Assembly: GCA_963707485.1 (NCBI GenBank)
Contig: CAVPQS010000080.1
Coordinates: 39,475 to 103,474 of the forward strand
From: an uncultured bacterium
Lineage (GTDB): Bacteria > Zixibacteria > MSB-5A5 > CAIYYT01
DNA: 64,000 nt
Direction of reading: 5' to 3'
Shown: positions 1 through 12,975 of the stretch, in pieces
Numbering within the stretch: the first letter of the stretch is position 1
How the letters are laid out: every line of letters starts with the position of its first letter
Translations under genes and position numbers: made by a program
Notes under the pieces: model-generated
What the model saw: only the letters and a program-made list of their open reading frames with translations
What the model was told of the DNA's origin: nothing
The model's database searches: none

Positions 1-405
1 CATCCACCTTGAAATCGCGACCGGCTTGGATGGTCATCTTCAGAACAGACACAGGTGATGGATCGACCGAATAAATATAGGCTGACAAGTGTTTTCCCTG
101 CGAGTCCCACCCGTAGACATCGTAGGCGCGGTTGAATGAAGCCGATGTCGCCGAAATTCCAAGGATGTGCGGATCCCCGGCCAATTCGTTTTTGAAGCGC
201 TGCAGGAAGTCTGAGTCTTTGATGCTGTTATCGGGCGGTCGCTCCAGCACCATGACGGACGCTGCCGAATAGCCGAGCGGGCGCTGATGCAACCGGTTGT
301 TTTGTCGATGCATGACAATCATCCCGATTATGAGAACCGTGGACAAGGTAAACTGAATGACAATTAGGGAGCGCATGATCGGTCCTGACTTCGCCAAAGT
401 GCTAA
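1..405 (-). pseudogene. MacB/FtsX-like ABC transporter permease, internal fragment; 5' half missing at the IS junction, runs off the window
   Basis: Manual translation: TLAKSGPIMRSLIVIQFTLSTVLIIGMIVMHRQ..RPLGYS..FKNELAGDPHILGIS..AGRDF, typical of the mid-protein TM helix and second periplasmic domain of MacB-like permeases; frame abuts the IS end at 406. Confidence 0.7.
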
Positions 406-1330
406 CAGTTTGCTGAAACCCGGCATCGCGTGTTCATGATTGGCTATCTCGGTGGAGTAATTTCGTCGATTGTCGGGAATCTTGGTGGAAGTTTGTTGTC
501 TTCGGGACGTTTCAGGAGTCTGAGGTTGACTTCAGATCGCGATCCTGTCTCGTTTAGCCAACCACCATTCCTAGATCGGGTTTCAGTTTCGCGATTCGTA
601 AAAGATTGTAGGCAGCGCCGACCATCTCGGCAGCCAATTGCGTTCGCGCTCGACCCTTGTGACGGATCTTGCGCAACCCGCCAATCGTTTTCATCCAGCC
701 GAAGATCTCCTCGATGCGTTTGCGCACTCGTTGACTAATCGCGTAGTCCTGGCGTTTCCTGATCCGGGGATCGACCGCCGAGCCGCCCGGTCGTTTGTCG
801 TTGGCCGCGATATGCGGCGCAATCTGCCGTTTCTGCAACATCTCCACAAACCCCTTCGTGTCATATACCCCTTGTCACCGGCCAACGTCTTCGGCTTCCG
901 TCGTTTCTTCGCTTGACGCTGCAACATCTGCTCCGCCGCTGACCACTGTGATTGGGTATCTGCCGGAGTCACGCTGATGTCCAGCAACAGTCCGATCTGA
1001 AAATACCGTCGCATCAAAACTTTCTTCGATCGGATTCATGTCCAGAAACCAACGAAATAACAGATTGTAATCCAACTGTTCGCATAACTGGCGTTCGCTG
1101 CCCACCGAATACAGCGCCATCAACAAGAGAGCCTTCAACACCCGCTAACGCCTTGATCTTGCGCAACGGATGACTCGTCGGCGCCCGCTGTTCCGGCGTC
1201 CACAAACTCAACATCGTCTCATGGCGATTCGGCTCGCCACGCATGGCAAATTCTTGTTTAAACTTGATCGTGGATATACAAAACCCCCTTAATGCCTCTT
1301 CAACAAAAATCAGTGTTTTTCAGCGAACTG
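406..1330 (-). mobile_element. IS5-family element, internally deleted and degenerate copy (925 bp)
   Basis: Ends CAGTTTGCTGAAA (406) and TTTTTCAGCGAACTG (1330) match the full copies at 27687 and 37646; transposase broken into pieces (554-847, 691-1017, 875-1141, 1014-1244) with deletions near 997 and 1146; flanks CTAA and CTGG are not a duplication. Confidence 0.9.
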
Positions 1331-1821
1331 CTGGAGGCGCACAATGGACTTCCGCGAGCGCCTCCGAAGATGATCGCGAAATCTCGGATGCGCTGATTAC
1401 TATCGAAAAACGCAGCCAAGGTCTGATGCGCTTTGTTAAGTCCTTTCGCGATCTGACGAGGATTTCCCAACCTGATATTCGTATACTTCCGGTACGCGAA
1501 CTGGTTCACCGAGTTGAGCAGCTCATGGGAGGAGAACTTTAGAAAGGACGTGTAGTGTTTACGCCAAGCATCGAACCTTGCGACTTCACCGTCGCCTGCG
1601 ATCCCGACCGGATCGAGCAAGTACTGACTAATCTGACCGATAATGTCAACGGCATTGTGGCAGGAGCCATCGACCAAGTGTTCATTCCTTTCTTCACGAC
1701 AAAAAAGGGCGGCACCGGGATCGGATTGGCGCTGTCTCAGCAAATAATGCGCCTGCATCGCGGGCAAGTCAGCGTCCGCTCGGCACCGAATGAACGCACT
1801 ATATTTACGCTTACATTCTAA
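1331..1821 (+). pseudogene. NtrY-like sensor histidine kinase, C-terminal remnant
   Basis: DALITIEKRSQGLMRFVKSFRDLTR, then stop at 1540-1542, then DPDRIEQVLTNL..DQVFIPFFTTKKGGTGIGLALSQQIMRLHRG (HATPase F and G2 boxes); N-terminus absent. Confidence 0.8.
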
Positions 1822-1839
1822 GAATCTACTTGTTACGGC

Positions 1840-2895
1840 TCACTTCAACTTCAGCGCTTTGGCTTTACCCAGTGTGTCGTGAAAATACTCGTTCTTCTCG
1901 CAGTCCCTTTTCGCAGAGTTAATGTTCTGAACGAGTTCTTTTGCCTCAGCAAGTTTTCCCTGCCCGACACGAATTTGTGCCCGCAGAAAAAGCAACTCCG
2001 AAGACCCGCAACTATCGGCATACTCTGACAACGCCCAGGCCCCTGCGACGACATCAAGCGCCGAGTCGGCAGCGCTCCAATGTGTCAATTCGATCAGCGC
2101 CCTGATGGCGTGTAACTGCGAATTGGAGTCGAAGAACCCATCGACAGCGAGCGTGTCTGCTAAAGCAAGCGTCTCGTCATACCGCTTTTCGTAATTGTAA
2201 ATCGGCAGGAGAGCCTTCCTTGCGTTCGGCTCCATCACGCCGTTCGCTTCAATTGCCCGATAGATTTCTGCCAATCCGACTTTTCGCTGGTCGCTAATAA
2301 AAGGTAAGAACGCAATCTTCTTGGATTTCGCGGACTTCCAATAGTGGTATGCTCCGATACCGGAAAAAGCGTCGGTAAGGCTGCTGTCCAGCGCAAGCGC
2401 CTTCTCGAGATTGGAGCAACTGTGATGTCCATCACGAAAGGCGCCCCACCAGCCGCCATGGATCGATCGAAAGAGCGCCCGACATCCATAGCTGGATCCC
2501 AGCACATAATACGATTCTGGAGTCGGCTCATTAGTTTTGAGTTCATGCTGTGCCAACTTTATCGCCACATCCAGGTAATGAGTAATCGAGTCGACATCTC
2601 GATCCGACCTGTATTGATTCGCAATGGAATAATAGACCAGCCCCATCAGAAAGTATCCCACGGCGTTGCTGTCTTCCTCGACAATCAACTGTCGGCTGCT
2701 GTCAAGAGCAGCTTCGAATTGATAGCGCCAGATGCTTTGCAATATCGCCTGAGCCTTTGCGTCATCTAAAGAGGTTGCAGCGTCAACAGAAGTTGTCAAA
2801 GGAATGGAAACCAGGAATAAGTGGAGACTGGCGAGACGGAGTAGTGCAACGAATCGTTGTCTAAACTTGGTGTTGTTGGAATAGATTTCTGTCAT
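1840..2895 (-). CDS. Exported TPR-repeat protein
   Basis: ATG at 2895 with GGAGA RBS; signal-like hydrophobic N-terminus; TPR-like segments (AVGYFLMGLVY, PESYYVLGSSYG, ALALDSSLTDAFSGIGAY). Confidence 0.7.
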   Translation of the reverse strand: MTEIYSNNTKFRQRFVALLRLASLHLFLVSIPLTTSVDAATSLDDAKAQAILQSIWRYQFEAALDSSRQLIVEEDSNAVGYFLMGLVYYSIANQYRSDRDVDSITHYLDVAIKLAQHELKTNEPTPESYYVLGSSYGCRALFRSIHGGWWGAFRDGHHSCSNLEKALALDSSLTDAFSGIGAYHYWKSAKSKKIAFLPFISDQRKVGLAEIYRAIEANGVMEPNARKALLPIYNYEKRYDETLALADTLAVDGFFDSNSQLHAIRALIELTHWSAADSALDVVAGAWALSEYADSCGSSELLFLRAQIRVGQGKLAEAKELVQNINSAKRDCEKNEYFHDTLGKAKALKLK

Positions 2896-3096
2896 GTTCT
2901 CCAAATCGTTTCGGTTCAGCCGCTGATCGTGTGCTCGAATATTTGATGCTTGCCAATCCAGGCAACGACAAAACCGGGCGCGTGCAAACAGCTCCGGCTT
3001 TTTATCACAGTTTGAAGTCGATAACAGCAACTGCAGCGACAATTTGAGCAGCCCGGTGGATTTCACCGGGCCGACATTTAGACGCATGAATGACTA

Positions 3097-4818
3097 CTAT
3101 TGTGAAGTATATCGATAGGGATAATATCGCGGAGTCCACATGGCGCTCCGGATGAGGTCTGCAAGCCTTTCGTCGGTAACTGCCATTCCGATTCCATCTT
3201 CGCGCGCCTGCTTGGCAACCGCAAGTGCGACCGCGAAGGATACCTCGCGAATATTGCTTAAGGGCGGCAGTAGACGGCCTTTCGCGCGCAGATCGCGACT
3301 TACCATATCGGAAATAGCACAAGTCGCCGCATAGAACATTTTCTGGGTGACTTTCTGCGCCTGACTGACTATCGCACCCAGCCCCATTCCGGGGAAGACA
3401 TATAGATTGTTGCATTGTGAAATCGCAATCTCACGCCCGTCCGGAGTCCTGACCGGCTTGAATGGGCTGCCTGTCGCCATCAACGCCTTGCCGTTCGTAG
3501 CATTCATAACATCGTCTGGGAGTGCTTCGCTACACGACGTCGGATTCGAAAGCGCCAAGACGATGGACCGCTCGCTGTTCTGTGCAAGCGCCTGTAATAT
3601 TTCGCGAGTAAACGCTCCCTTTTGGCCCGATAGACCGATCAGTGTCGTAATGCGGGCATGCTTGACGACTTGCTCGAGATTTGGAGCATGATCTTTCGAA
3701 ATCGGCCAATCAGCAATCGCTTCACGCGGCTGCAGGAAGTTCGTCTGGTAAGTATCTGCCTTGTCCCCCTCCATCAAAAGACCGTTGATGTCAATCGCGT
3801 AGATATGGCGACGCGCTTCTGCGAAAGCCATACCACCTTCGTTCACCATCAACTGCACGACGGCGTTCGCCACACCGCTGCCGGCCTGGCCAAAACCGAG
3901 AATTCCAATTCGCTCGTTCGCCAGCGACCGACCTGCGATTTGATATGCAGTGCGAAGCACCGATGCCGCGGTCGCACCAGTCCCCTGAATGTCATCATTG
4001 AAACTGAGTATACGCGAGTGGTAGCGATCGAGCAATGTTGCTGCATGTTGCTTGCCGAAATCTTCCCACTGTAAGAGAGCGCGCGGAAAGACCCGGCGTA
4101 CACCCTGGATGAAGCGTTCAATAACTTCGTAGTAAGCATCTCCAGTTAATCGCGGCTGATGGAGGCCGATATACAGCGGGTCATTCAGCAGTCGTTCGTT
4201 GTTAGTTCCGACGTCGATCATGACCGGCAGCGTAGATGCCGGATGAATTCCGGCAGCAGCAACATAGAGCGAGATCTTTCCCACCGGAATACCCATTCCA
4301 TCGGCGCCAAGATCACCCAAACCGAGAATGCGCTCGCCGTCGGTGGCAACAATCAACGACACGTCGGGGAGACCAACGTTCTCCAGTATCTTCTCGATTG
4401 AATCAACATTACGCGGCGAGACAAAAATCCCGCGCCAACGGCGGACAATGTGAGAAAGCGTGAGACATGCCTGCCCTACGGTCGGTGTGTAAACGATCGG
4501 CAACATCTCCTCAAGATGCCTCAACAGCAGAGAGTAGAAGACGGTTTCGTTTCGATCAAGTAGCGCCAAAAGGGAGACGTAGCGGCCAAGGTCCGTAGAT
4601 TTGGAATTGTATATGTCGTAGTTGCGGACCATTTGCTCGTCGAGTGTGCCGACGCGGTCCGGAAACAATCCCACTAAGTCAAACTCTGCACGCTCAACAT
4701 TACAGAAGGCATTTCCTTTGTTGAGAAGCGGGTCCGCGACCAGCGCGTGTCCCTTGTGCGGAACGGCGTAGTATATTTCGTTGGTGAGGGGGTCGACTTT
4801 GAGCTCGAAGCGTTTCAT
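3097..4818 (-). CDS. maeA: NAD-dependent malic enzyme
   Basis: PIVYTPTVG, TDGERILGLGDLG, QWEDF, FNDDIQGTG, ALSNPT, SQCNNLYVFPG motifs; AGGA RBS. Confidence 0.93.
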   Translation of the reverse strand: MKRFELKVDPLTNEIYYAVPHKGHALVADPLLNKGNAFCNVERAEFDLVGLFPDRVGTLDEQMVRNYDIYNSKSTDLGRYVSLLALLDRNETVFYSLLLRHLEEMLPIVYTPTVGQACLTLSHIVRRWRGIFVSPRNVDSIEKILENVGLPDVSLIVATDGERILGLGDLGADGMGIPVGKISLYVAAAGIHPASTLPVMIDVGTNNERLLNDPLYIGLHQPRLTGDAYYEVIERFIQGVRRVFPRALLQWEDFGKQHAATLLDRYHSRILSFNDDIQGTGATAASVLRTAYQIAGRSLANERIGILGFGQAGSGVANAVVQLMVNEGGMAFAEARRHIYAIDINGLLMEGDKADTYQTNFLQPREAIADWPISKDHAPNLEQVVKHARITTLIGLSGQKGAFTREILQALAQNSERSIVLALSNPTSCSEALPDDVMNATNGKALMATGSPFKPVRTPDGREIAISQCNNLYVFPGMGLGAIVSQAQKVTQKMFYAATCAISDMVSRDLRAKGRLLPPLSNIREVSFAVALAVAKQAREDGIGMAVTDERLADLIRSAMWTPRYYPYRYTSQ

Positions 4819-5004
4819 TGCAGTTCCTTTCTAACCGCCCATGGGCGGCAATCAAAGGGAAAGAAGGCCACAATTACTTTAGAAGTCAAGCTATCAAAGG
4901 CAGTTTTTGAATCGAAAAAATTTCGCCCAATGCGACCTACGACGAATTGTGTCAGCCAGCTCAAATGTTAAGCAATTCAGCGATTTACTCGCGCAAATGC
5001 CGCA

Positions 5005-5517
5005 CTAACCTTCCAAGCCGATCTTTGTTTTCCCGACCCAGCCAGGCGCAGAATCGATTGACTGACGAAGAATCAAGTTTAATTGCGCCGTATGATGTTG
5101 GACGTGCCGCAGGGAGTATAATAGCAGTTCAAGATTTGTCAGACCTGGGCGTTTTGATCCGCAGTCACGGTTGGCTGATTCCTCCGTCATTGCCAGAATG
5201 GCCTTGCGGCATTTTTGTCGAGCATGATCGAGATACTTGAGAAGTTCATCTTTCGTGTAGACTCTTGGCGGCAGTACGCCGGCAGGATCAAGTTCTTCCA
5301 TACCGAAAGGTTTAGGCGGTGCAAAGTCCTCCCGCCTTTCTTCCAAATAGAAATCGAGCCAGAATATTGTGTGAGACGCGAGATACCAAAAGTCATAGAA
5401 CGAACCGCGTTTACCGGTCCAGACTTCGTCAGGGCAGGCGTTGATTGCGTTTTCCAACATGTCGATACTGGCGCCAAATTGACGCCAAACCGTCTGCTTC
5501 CAAATGACGTCTTGCAT
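5005..5517 (-). CDS. DinB-family protein
   Basis: ATG at 5517 with AAGGAG RBS; FWYLASHTIFWLDFY and LRHVQHHTAQL His motifs. Confidence 0.8.
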   Translation of the reverse strand: MQDVIWKQTVWRQFGASIDMLENAINACPDEVWTGKRGSFYDFWYLASHTIFWLDFYLEERREDFAPPKPFGMEELDPAGVLPPRVYTKDELLKYLDHARQKCRKAILAMTEESANRDCGSKRPGLTNLELLLYSLRHVQHHTAQLNLILRQSIDSAPGWVGKTKIGLEG

Positions 5518-5594
5518 TTGATAACTCCTTTGCGATTTGATCTTTTGCCGAATTTGGTGAATGCGGTCGGTCCTGTCAATCGCATTTACGGCTT

Positions 5595-8384
5595 CTAAAA
5601 GATCAACTTTCGCACTTCGCTCACCCATAACACTGCAGAGGCAATCAGGGTACAAAGCAGCCATTGCTGAAACGTCAACGGCGCTGTTCCAAAGGCAATA
5701 TTGAGAAACGGCACGGTCACAACCAGAATCTGCAGGATCACACCAAGCGCGACCGCGCCGAAAAGCCAGGGGTTGACAAACAGGTGATGAAACGCGCTCG
5801 TGTTTTCTGAACGCGCGTTAAAAACATTGAAGAGCTGTGCAAACACGAGTACAGTAAATCCAGCCGTTCGCGCGACTTCAAGCGAGGAATTACCTTGTAT
5901 TAGCCCGCCCGGTAGATACAGATCAATAGTGAACAGGGTCGTCACAGCCATGACCATTCCCAGCAACAATACGCCGGACCACATGCGCCCGTCAATCACC
6001 CGGTCGTTCCATTTTCGCGGCGGCCGTGACATCACGTCGTCCGTTTCAGGGTCAACTCCCATAGCGAGCGCTGGCGCAGAATCGGTGACGAGATTTATCC
6101 ACAGTATTTGTACGGCCAAAAGCGGCAACACGAATGTCCCGTCGCTGGAGCTTAGTCCGATAACGTCTGCCAGTATTACTCCGAAGAAGACCGTGAAGAC
6201 CTCGCCCATGTTTGAACTTAGCAAGTAGCGGAGAAACTTCTTGATGTTGTCGAAAATTGTGCGGCCCTCGTGCACTGCTTCCACAATCGTCGCGAAATTA
6301 TCGTCGGCAAGGATCAAGTCGCCAGCTTCCTTCGTGACCTCCGACCCGGTGATTCCCATGGCCACGCCGATGTCCGCTGATTTAAGGGCCGGAGCATCGT
6401 TCACGCCGTCTCCAGTCATGGCGACAATATTGCCGGCAGCCTGCAATGCATCGACGATTCGCAGCTTGTGCTCGGGAGAAACGCGTGCAAATACCGAAAT
6501 ATCGCAGACGGCTGTCCGAAAATTCTCGTCATCCAGCTCGTCTATCTGCAATCCGGTCAGAGACCGGGCGCCGGACTCAACTATGCCCAGGTCAGTTGCG
6601 ATGCGCGCTGCCGTCAGCGGATGATCGCCGGTGATCATGATAATTCGAACCCCGGCTTTGCGGGCTTTAACAACAGCTACAGCCGCCTCAGGGCGCGGCG
6701 GATCGATTATTCCCACCATTCCCAAATACACAAGTTCATTTTCCAACGACTCATCAAGCGCGCCATTAATTAGATGCTCCGTGCCCTGCTTGCCTTGAAT
6801 TCGACGATAGGCAACCGCGAGCGTACGAAAGGCCTGCGAGGACAACTTTTCAATGGCAGCTTCGGCTGCTGCCCGACGAGTGTCATCAAGAGGGACGACT
6901 TCGTCGCCTATACGTTGCCCGGTGCAGCGGCGCAGCAGCACGTCCGGGGCGCCTTTCGAGACCAGGGAAACGCGGCCAGTCTCGGAGTTAAGCGCGAGAG
7001 TCGACATCAGTTTGCGATCGGATGTAAACGGTATGTCTCCTTGGCGCTGGAATTGTTCGGTATGGCCAAGAGTTCCTTCGAGCTTATGAGACGCAACCAA
7101 GAATGCCGCTTCGGTTGGGTCGCCTTGTATCTCCCAATTACCTTCTCGCTCGATCAATGAAGCGTTGCCTGCGAGGCTGCCACCGCTGAGCACGAGTCGA
7201 GCTTCCGTGAGCAACGCCGACTCGCTGATTTCATGACCGTCACTCAATGCCTTTCCATCAGGCCGGTAGCCGACGCCAGTGAGTGTCACTTCTCCTGACG
7301 CAGTAATTATCCGCTCGATCGTCATCTCGCTTTTGGTCAGCGTTCCCGTTTTGTCCGAACAAATAACTGAGGCCGCACCCAGTGTTTCTACAGAAGAGAG
7401 CTTCTTCACTATCGCTTTACGCTCTGCCATCCGCTGAACGCCAATTGCCAATACCACTGACAGTATCGCCGGTAGTCCTTCCGGAACCGCAGCTACCGCC
7501 AACGAGACGCCGAGTAGGAGTACAGTGACTGCCTCACTTGGTGTGCTAATCCCGAAAACAGCGAAAATTGTGGCGACGACAATTACCGCTATAGCGACAA
7601 CCGCGTATCCGAGCATTTTGCCCAGTCTCCCGATTTCCTTTTGGAGCGGAGTCGGATCATCAACGGTGGATTGCAGTAGCCGGGCGATCTTGCCCATCTC
7701 CGTATCCATCCCTGTCGCAGTTACTACCGCACGCCCGGTTCCTTGCGTCACGGCGCTTCCTTTAAATACCATATTGAGCCGGTCGCCGATTGATGCTCGC
7801 GCGCTTAGAGTAGCTATGTCTTTTTGGACCGGTTCGCTCTCGCCCGTCAAAGAAGCTTCGGATACGCGCAAATTAATCGCAGATACAAGTCGTGCGTCCG
7901 CACCAACGCTGTCCCCTTCTCCCAGAACAAGGACGTCGCCTCGCACCAACTCGGCGGACGGAACTCGCTGGACCTGACCATCGCGCAACACCGCGGATGA
8001 CACTCTTGTCATGACTGCCAATGCGGCGATCGCGTCTTCAGCGCGAGCTTCCTGGACAAAGCTCAATATCGCATTGGCGATTATGATCGCCAGAATCACA
8101 AGCGCATCCACCGGCCAGCCATGGGAGCCCTCCAATAACCAAGCGATGCCTGAAATTGCGACGGCCCCCAAGAGCAAGTAGATCAACGGATCGTGGAATA
8201 GGGTCAATAGCTTGCGCCACCGCGGTACTGGGGGCGCGCTCTGCAGTTCGTTGGCGCCGTCTTTGGCAAGTCGATTCGCTGCTTCAGCCGGAGTCAGTCC
8301 GGCTTCAAGATTTGCGTTCACGGAATTAGCAGCCGCTTCAACGTCGAGTAGAGAAGGATCGCTGATTGGTTTTGATGGCGTCAT
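5595..8384 (-). CDS. P2-type (Ca2+/cation) P-type ATPase
   Basis: TGES, AAVPEGL, DKTGTLT, KGAP, DPPRPE, MITGD, TGDGVNDAPALK, QILWINLVTD. Confidence 0.93.
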   Translation of the reverse strand: MTPSKPISDPSLLDVEAAANSVNANLEAGLTPAEAANRLAKDGANELQSAPPVPRWRKLLTLFHDPLIYLLLGAVAISGIAWLLEGSHGWPVDALVILAIIIANAILSFVQEARAEDAIAALAVMTRVSSAVLRDGQVQRVPSAELVRGDVLVLGEGDSVGADARLVSAINLRVSEASLTGESEPVQKDIATLSARASIGDRLNMVFKGSAVTQGTGRAVVTATGMDTEMGKIARLLQSTVDDPTPLQKEIGRLGKMLGYAVVAIAVIVVATIFAVFGISTPSEAVTVLLLGVSLAVAAVPEGLPAILSVVLAIGVQRMAERKAIVKKLSSVETLGAASVICSDKTGTLTKSEMTIERIITASGEVTLTGVGYRPDGKALSDGHEISESALLTEARLVLSGGSLAGNASLIEREGNWEIQGDPTEAAFLVASHKLEGTLGHTEQFQRQGDIPFTSDRKLMSTLALNSETGRVSLVSKGAPDVLLRRCTGQRIGDEVVPLDDTRRAAAEAAIEKLSSQAFRTLAVAYRRIQGKQGTEHLINGALDESLENELVYLGMVGIIDPPRPEAAVAVVKARKAGVRIIMITGDHPLTAARIATDLGIVESGARSLTGLQIDELDDENFRTAVCDISVFARVSPEHKLRIVDALQAAGNIVAMTGDGVNDAPALKSADIGVAMGITGSEVTKEAGDLILADDNFATIVEAVHEGRTIFDNIKKFLRYLLSSNMGEVFTVFFGVILADVIGLSSSDGTFVLPLLAVQILWINLVTDSAPALAMGVDPETDDVMSRPPRKWNDRVIDGRMWSGVLLLGMVMAVTTLFTIDLYLPGGLIQGNSSLEVARTAGFTVLVFAQLFNVFNARSENTSAFHHLFVNPWLFGAVALGVILQILVVTVPFLNIAFGTAPLTFQQWLLCTLIASAVLWVSEVRKLIF

Positions 8385-8780
8385 ATCAACTCAGGATAAA
8401 AGAGATGTAGTGAAGAGTTTCCGCTTGAAATTGTCCGTCTTGACTAAAGTGCGGATTTGCCCTAAATACCTACTGTCGAATGTTGCGTTTATGACAATGT
8501 TGGAAACGCTACTGATCTTTGAACGGTCCATATTGTGCATAGTGTCAATTCCTTCCTTGAGTGGTCCGGTGTCGGTAGCTGGAACATAACAGCTATAATG
8601 ACAGCCTCTGTATAATACTGAAGACAGTTGGGAATCAGTAGAGGATTCATTTGATAAACTATGCTTTATTCTCCGTTAGTAGGCAACAAATTGCGTTGCA
8701 GCACAAAGCTCGATGCGTCGCTTCCGCAGCAATCCTAAAAGCAGCTTTCAGAAGTCGTTTCCGTCGTGTCACAAGCCGAA

Positions 8781-9122
8781 TCAGCCGCGGTCGAAATGTG
8801 GAAGATTATTCGGGATAGGAACGGAAATCTCCACGTATCCTTGAAAAGTCCCTTCCTTGAAAAGCGGTATCTGATGAATGATCTTCTTCTGACCATTCTT
8901 TTGGATCGTGTAGTGGTTGGGTCGCTGTTGTTCATACATCGCTTCCAACTTTGACCGCGAGGGCTCAGGATGACAAGCCAGGACCTCGCTTCCGATTAGC
9001 TTTGCTCCTCCGTCCGTCGAAAACGTGGCGATCGATGTGGGATTCATTTCTGTGATTGTCCCATTCGCGTCCGCAACCGTTATTGCGATTGCGACTTGAT
9101 TTACCCAGTTGTTGACCGACAT
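8781..9122 (-). CDS. Stand-alone PAS-domain protein
   Basis: AITVADANGTITEMN..LIGSEVLACHPEP..NHYTIQKNG..GYVEIS; AGGAG RBS. Confidence 0.7.
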   Translation of the reverse strand: MSVNNWVNQVAIAITVADANGTITEMNPTSIATFSTDGGAKLIGSEVLACHPEPSRSKLEAMYEQQRPNHYTIQKNGQKKIIHQIPLFKEGTFQGYVEISVPIPNNLPHFDRG

Positions 9123-9252
9123 CCGGTGTCTCCTGTTTGATTTTCCGTTCTGAGAGGGCGCATCGTCAAACCAATTCCGACTTGCAGCGCTGGAAGTTAA
9201 TATATGGTTTGCAGACAGTGGATGGCCACACTCGTGCCAGCCTGTTCAGCCT

Positions 9253-9826
9253 TCAGACCCTGAGCAAGTCACGAAACGCTCTGACATCATAATACGACCC
9301 GGCGCCGTTGTGATACACGAAGCCTCTGCCAATGCGGCAATCGCCAAAGATGGCGCCCCCGAGTTTCCTTATATCAAAGGAGGGCTTCAGCCAACTTGAT
9401 GTTTTCGTATCGAAATTACCGAGTTCCAGTAACTCTCGATACTCTTCTTCCGTCATGAGTTCAAAGCCCATTTTGGCAGCCATGCCCATAGCGCTATCAT
9501 TTGGTTTGTGCACTTTTCTGGACTCCAGCGGTGCTTGGTTGTAGCAAACACTTCTGCGGTCCTTGGGACTTTTTGCTGAACAATCGTAAAAGACGTATTT
9601 GCCTGTCCTTTTGTCATAACCAACAACATGCGGTTCGCCGCCTGTCTCTTCCATTTCATTGAAGAACCAGAGTTTTTAGGGATTAGGTTCCAGCCAGGCT
9701 TGTACTTTCGCCCATTCAATGCCCTTATGGCGGTTATGTTTTTCTCAAACCGGGATCCCAACATTCGCAATAGTCCATCCCGTTGATCGAAGACAACTTC
9801 TTCTTACTGCTATTCATCTTGCTCAT
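9253..9826 (-). pseudogene. DUF4256-family protein, frameshifted
   Basis: C-terminal MEETGGEP..FYDCS..FDTKTSSW..GGAIFGD..VYHNGA intact; N-terminal RFEKN and RHKGIEWAKVQ blocks lie in different frames near 9735. Confidence 0.7.
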
Positions 9827-10121
9827 GCTCTCAGTATCCTTCGCCGCTCAGGTTTGTTACACATGTGATTGCCGGAAATATTCGATGAATAAACTCGCCT
9901 GCTGTGCTCCGGCAATTTGGACTCATCATCAATTGAAGCTCCGCAATGAGGCGCGCTTCTGTCTTCCTTCAATTTATTTCTCTTGTTGGGCTTGTCAAGC
10001 TGCGCTTTCGTCTTAAATCGAAGTCAACTCGCGCCCGAATGCCGTTTTTACAGGTCACTTGAAATAATTCTGTTTTGATTCCGTAAATCCAAAGTTGATC
10101 TAACAATTTAATTCAAATATA

Positions 10122-10146
10122 TTCCTAAATAGGAACAATTACTTGT
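10122..10146 (+). promoter_or_regulatory. Candidate Fur/PerR operator upstream of fur
   Basis: Palindrome TTCCTA-AA-TAGGAA overlapping ATAGGAACAATTACT; a similar ATGCAAATGATTACT lies upstream of katG (10653-10667). Confidence 0.35.
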
Positions 10147-10165
10147 AAGAAGTCGTTATAAAGCA

Positions 10166-10612
10166 ATGAACAGAAATATCGATTTGTCACAGAGGATGGT
10201 AGACTTTGAGAACGCGCTGCGAGCTAAGGGTCTCCGGATTACTCATCAGCGGACTGAGGTTTTCAAGGCGCTGTTGAAACTCACTGACCACCCAACCGCA
10301 GAGAATGTATTCCATCAGGTGCGGAAACACCTCAAGTCTATATCCCTTGATACCGTTTACAGAACAATTTCAACTTTTGAAGAGCATGGATTGGTTCACA
10401 GGGTTCATTACATCGACAATGCATCACGACTTGACATCAACGTCTCCGATCATCACCATCTCGTTTGTTGTAAATGCAATAAGATGGAAGATTTCTACTG
10501 GCCGGAGTTCGATGAGATGAAACCGCCAAAGACGATTTCTCACTGGGATCAGGTTAATGCCAAACATGTAGTTATAAGCGCAGTGTGTTCAAGCTGCCGA
10601 AGCGAGAAGTAA
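10166..10612 (+). CDS. Fur/PerR-family transcriptional regulator
   Basis: GLRITHQR, HPTAE, SLDTVYRT, HHHLVCCKC, C-terminal CSSC; directly upstream of katG. Confidence 0.9.
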   Translation: MNRNIDLSQRMVDFENALRAKGLRITHQRTEVFKALLKLTDHPTAENVFHQVRKHLKSISLDTVYRTISTFEEHGLVHRVHYIDNASRLDINVSDHHHLVCCKCNKMEDFYWPEFDEMKPPKTISHWDQVNAKHVVISAVCSSCRSEK

Positions 10613-10689
10613 TTGCCATTCACTCGCAATCCGGGAAATCGCGCTGTGGCTAATGCAAATGATTACTAAGTATTTTCAATATGACGTAA

Positions 10690-12912
<2,223 letters not shown>

Positions 12913-12937
12913 CTAATTGCGACAATCCTGATGTCGG

Positions 12938-12970
12938 GGAGGCCGTGCACTGTACGACCTCCCTTCTTTC
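12938..12970 (+). terminator. Intrinsic terminator after katG
   Basis: GGGAGGCCGTGCA-C-TGTACGACCTCCC stem followed by TTCTTT. Confidence 0.65.
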
Positions 12971-12975
12971 ATTCT

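Noticed and set aside
2896-3087. Extended N-termini in the ORF track (TPR gene, DinB 5518-5664, atpC, atpD, abiEii)
   Set aside because: Downstream starts have RBS or stop-start coupling and fit family lengths; several extensions overlap neighbouring genes.
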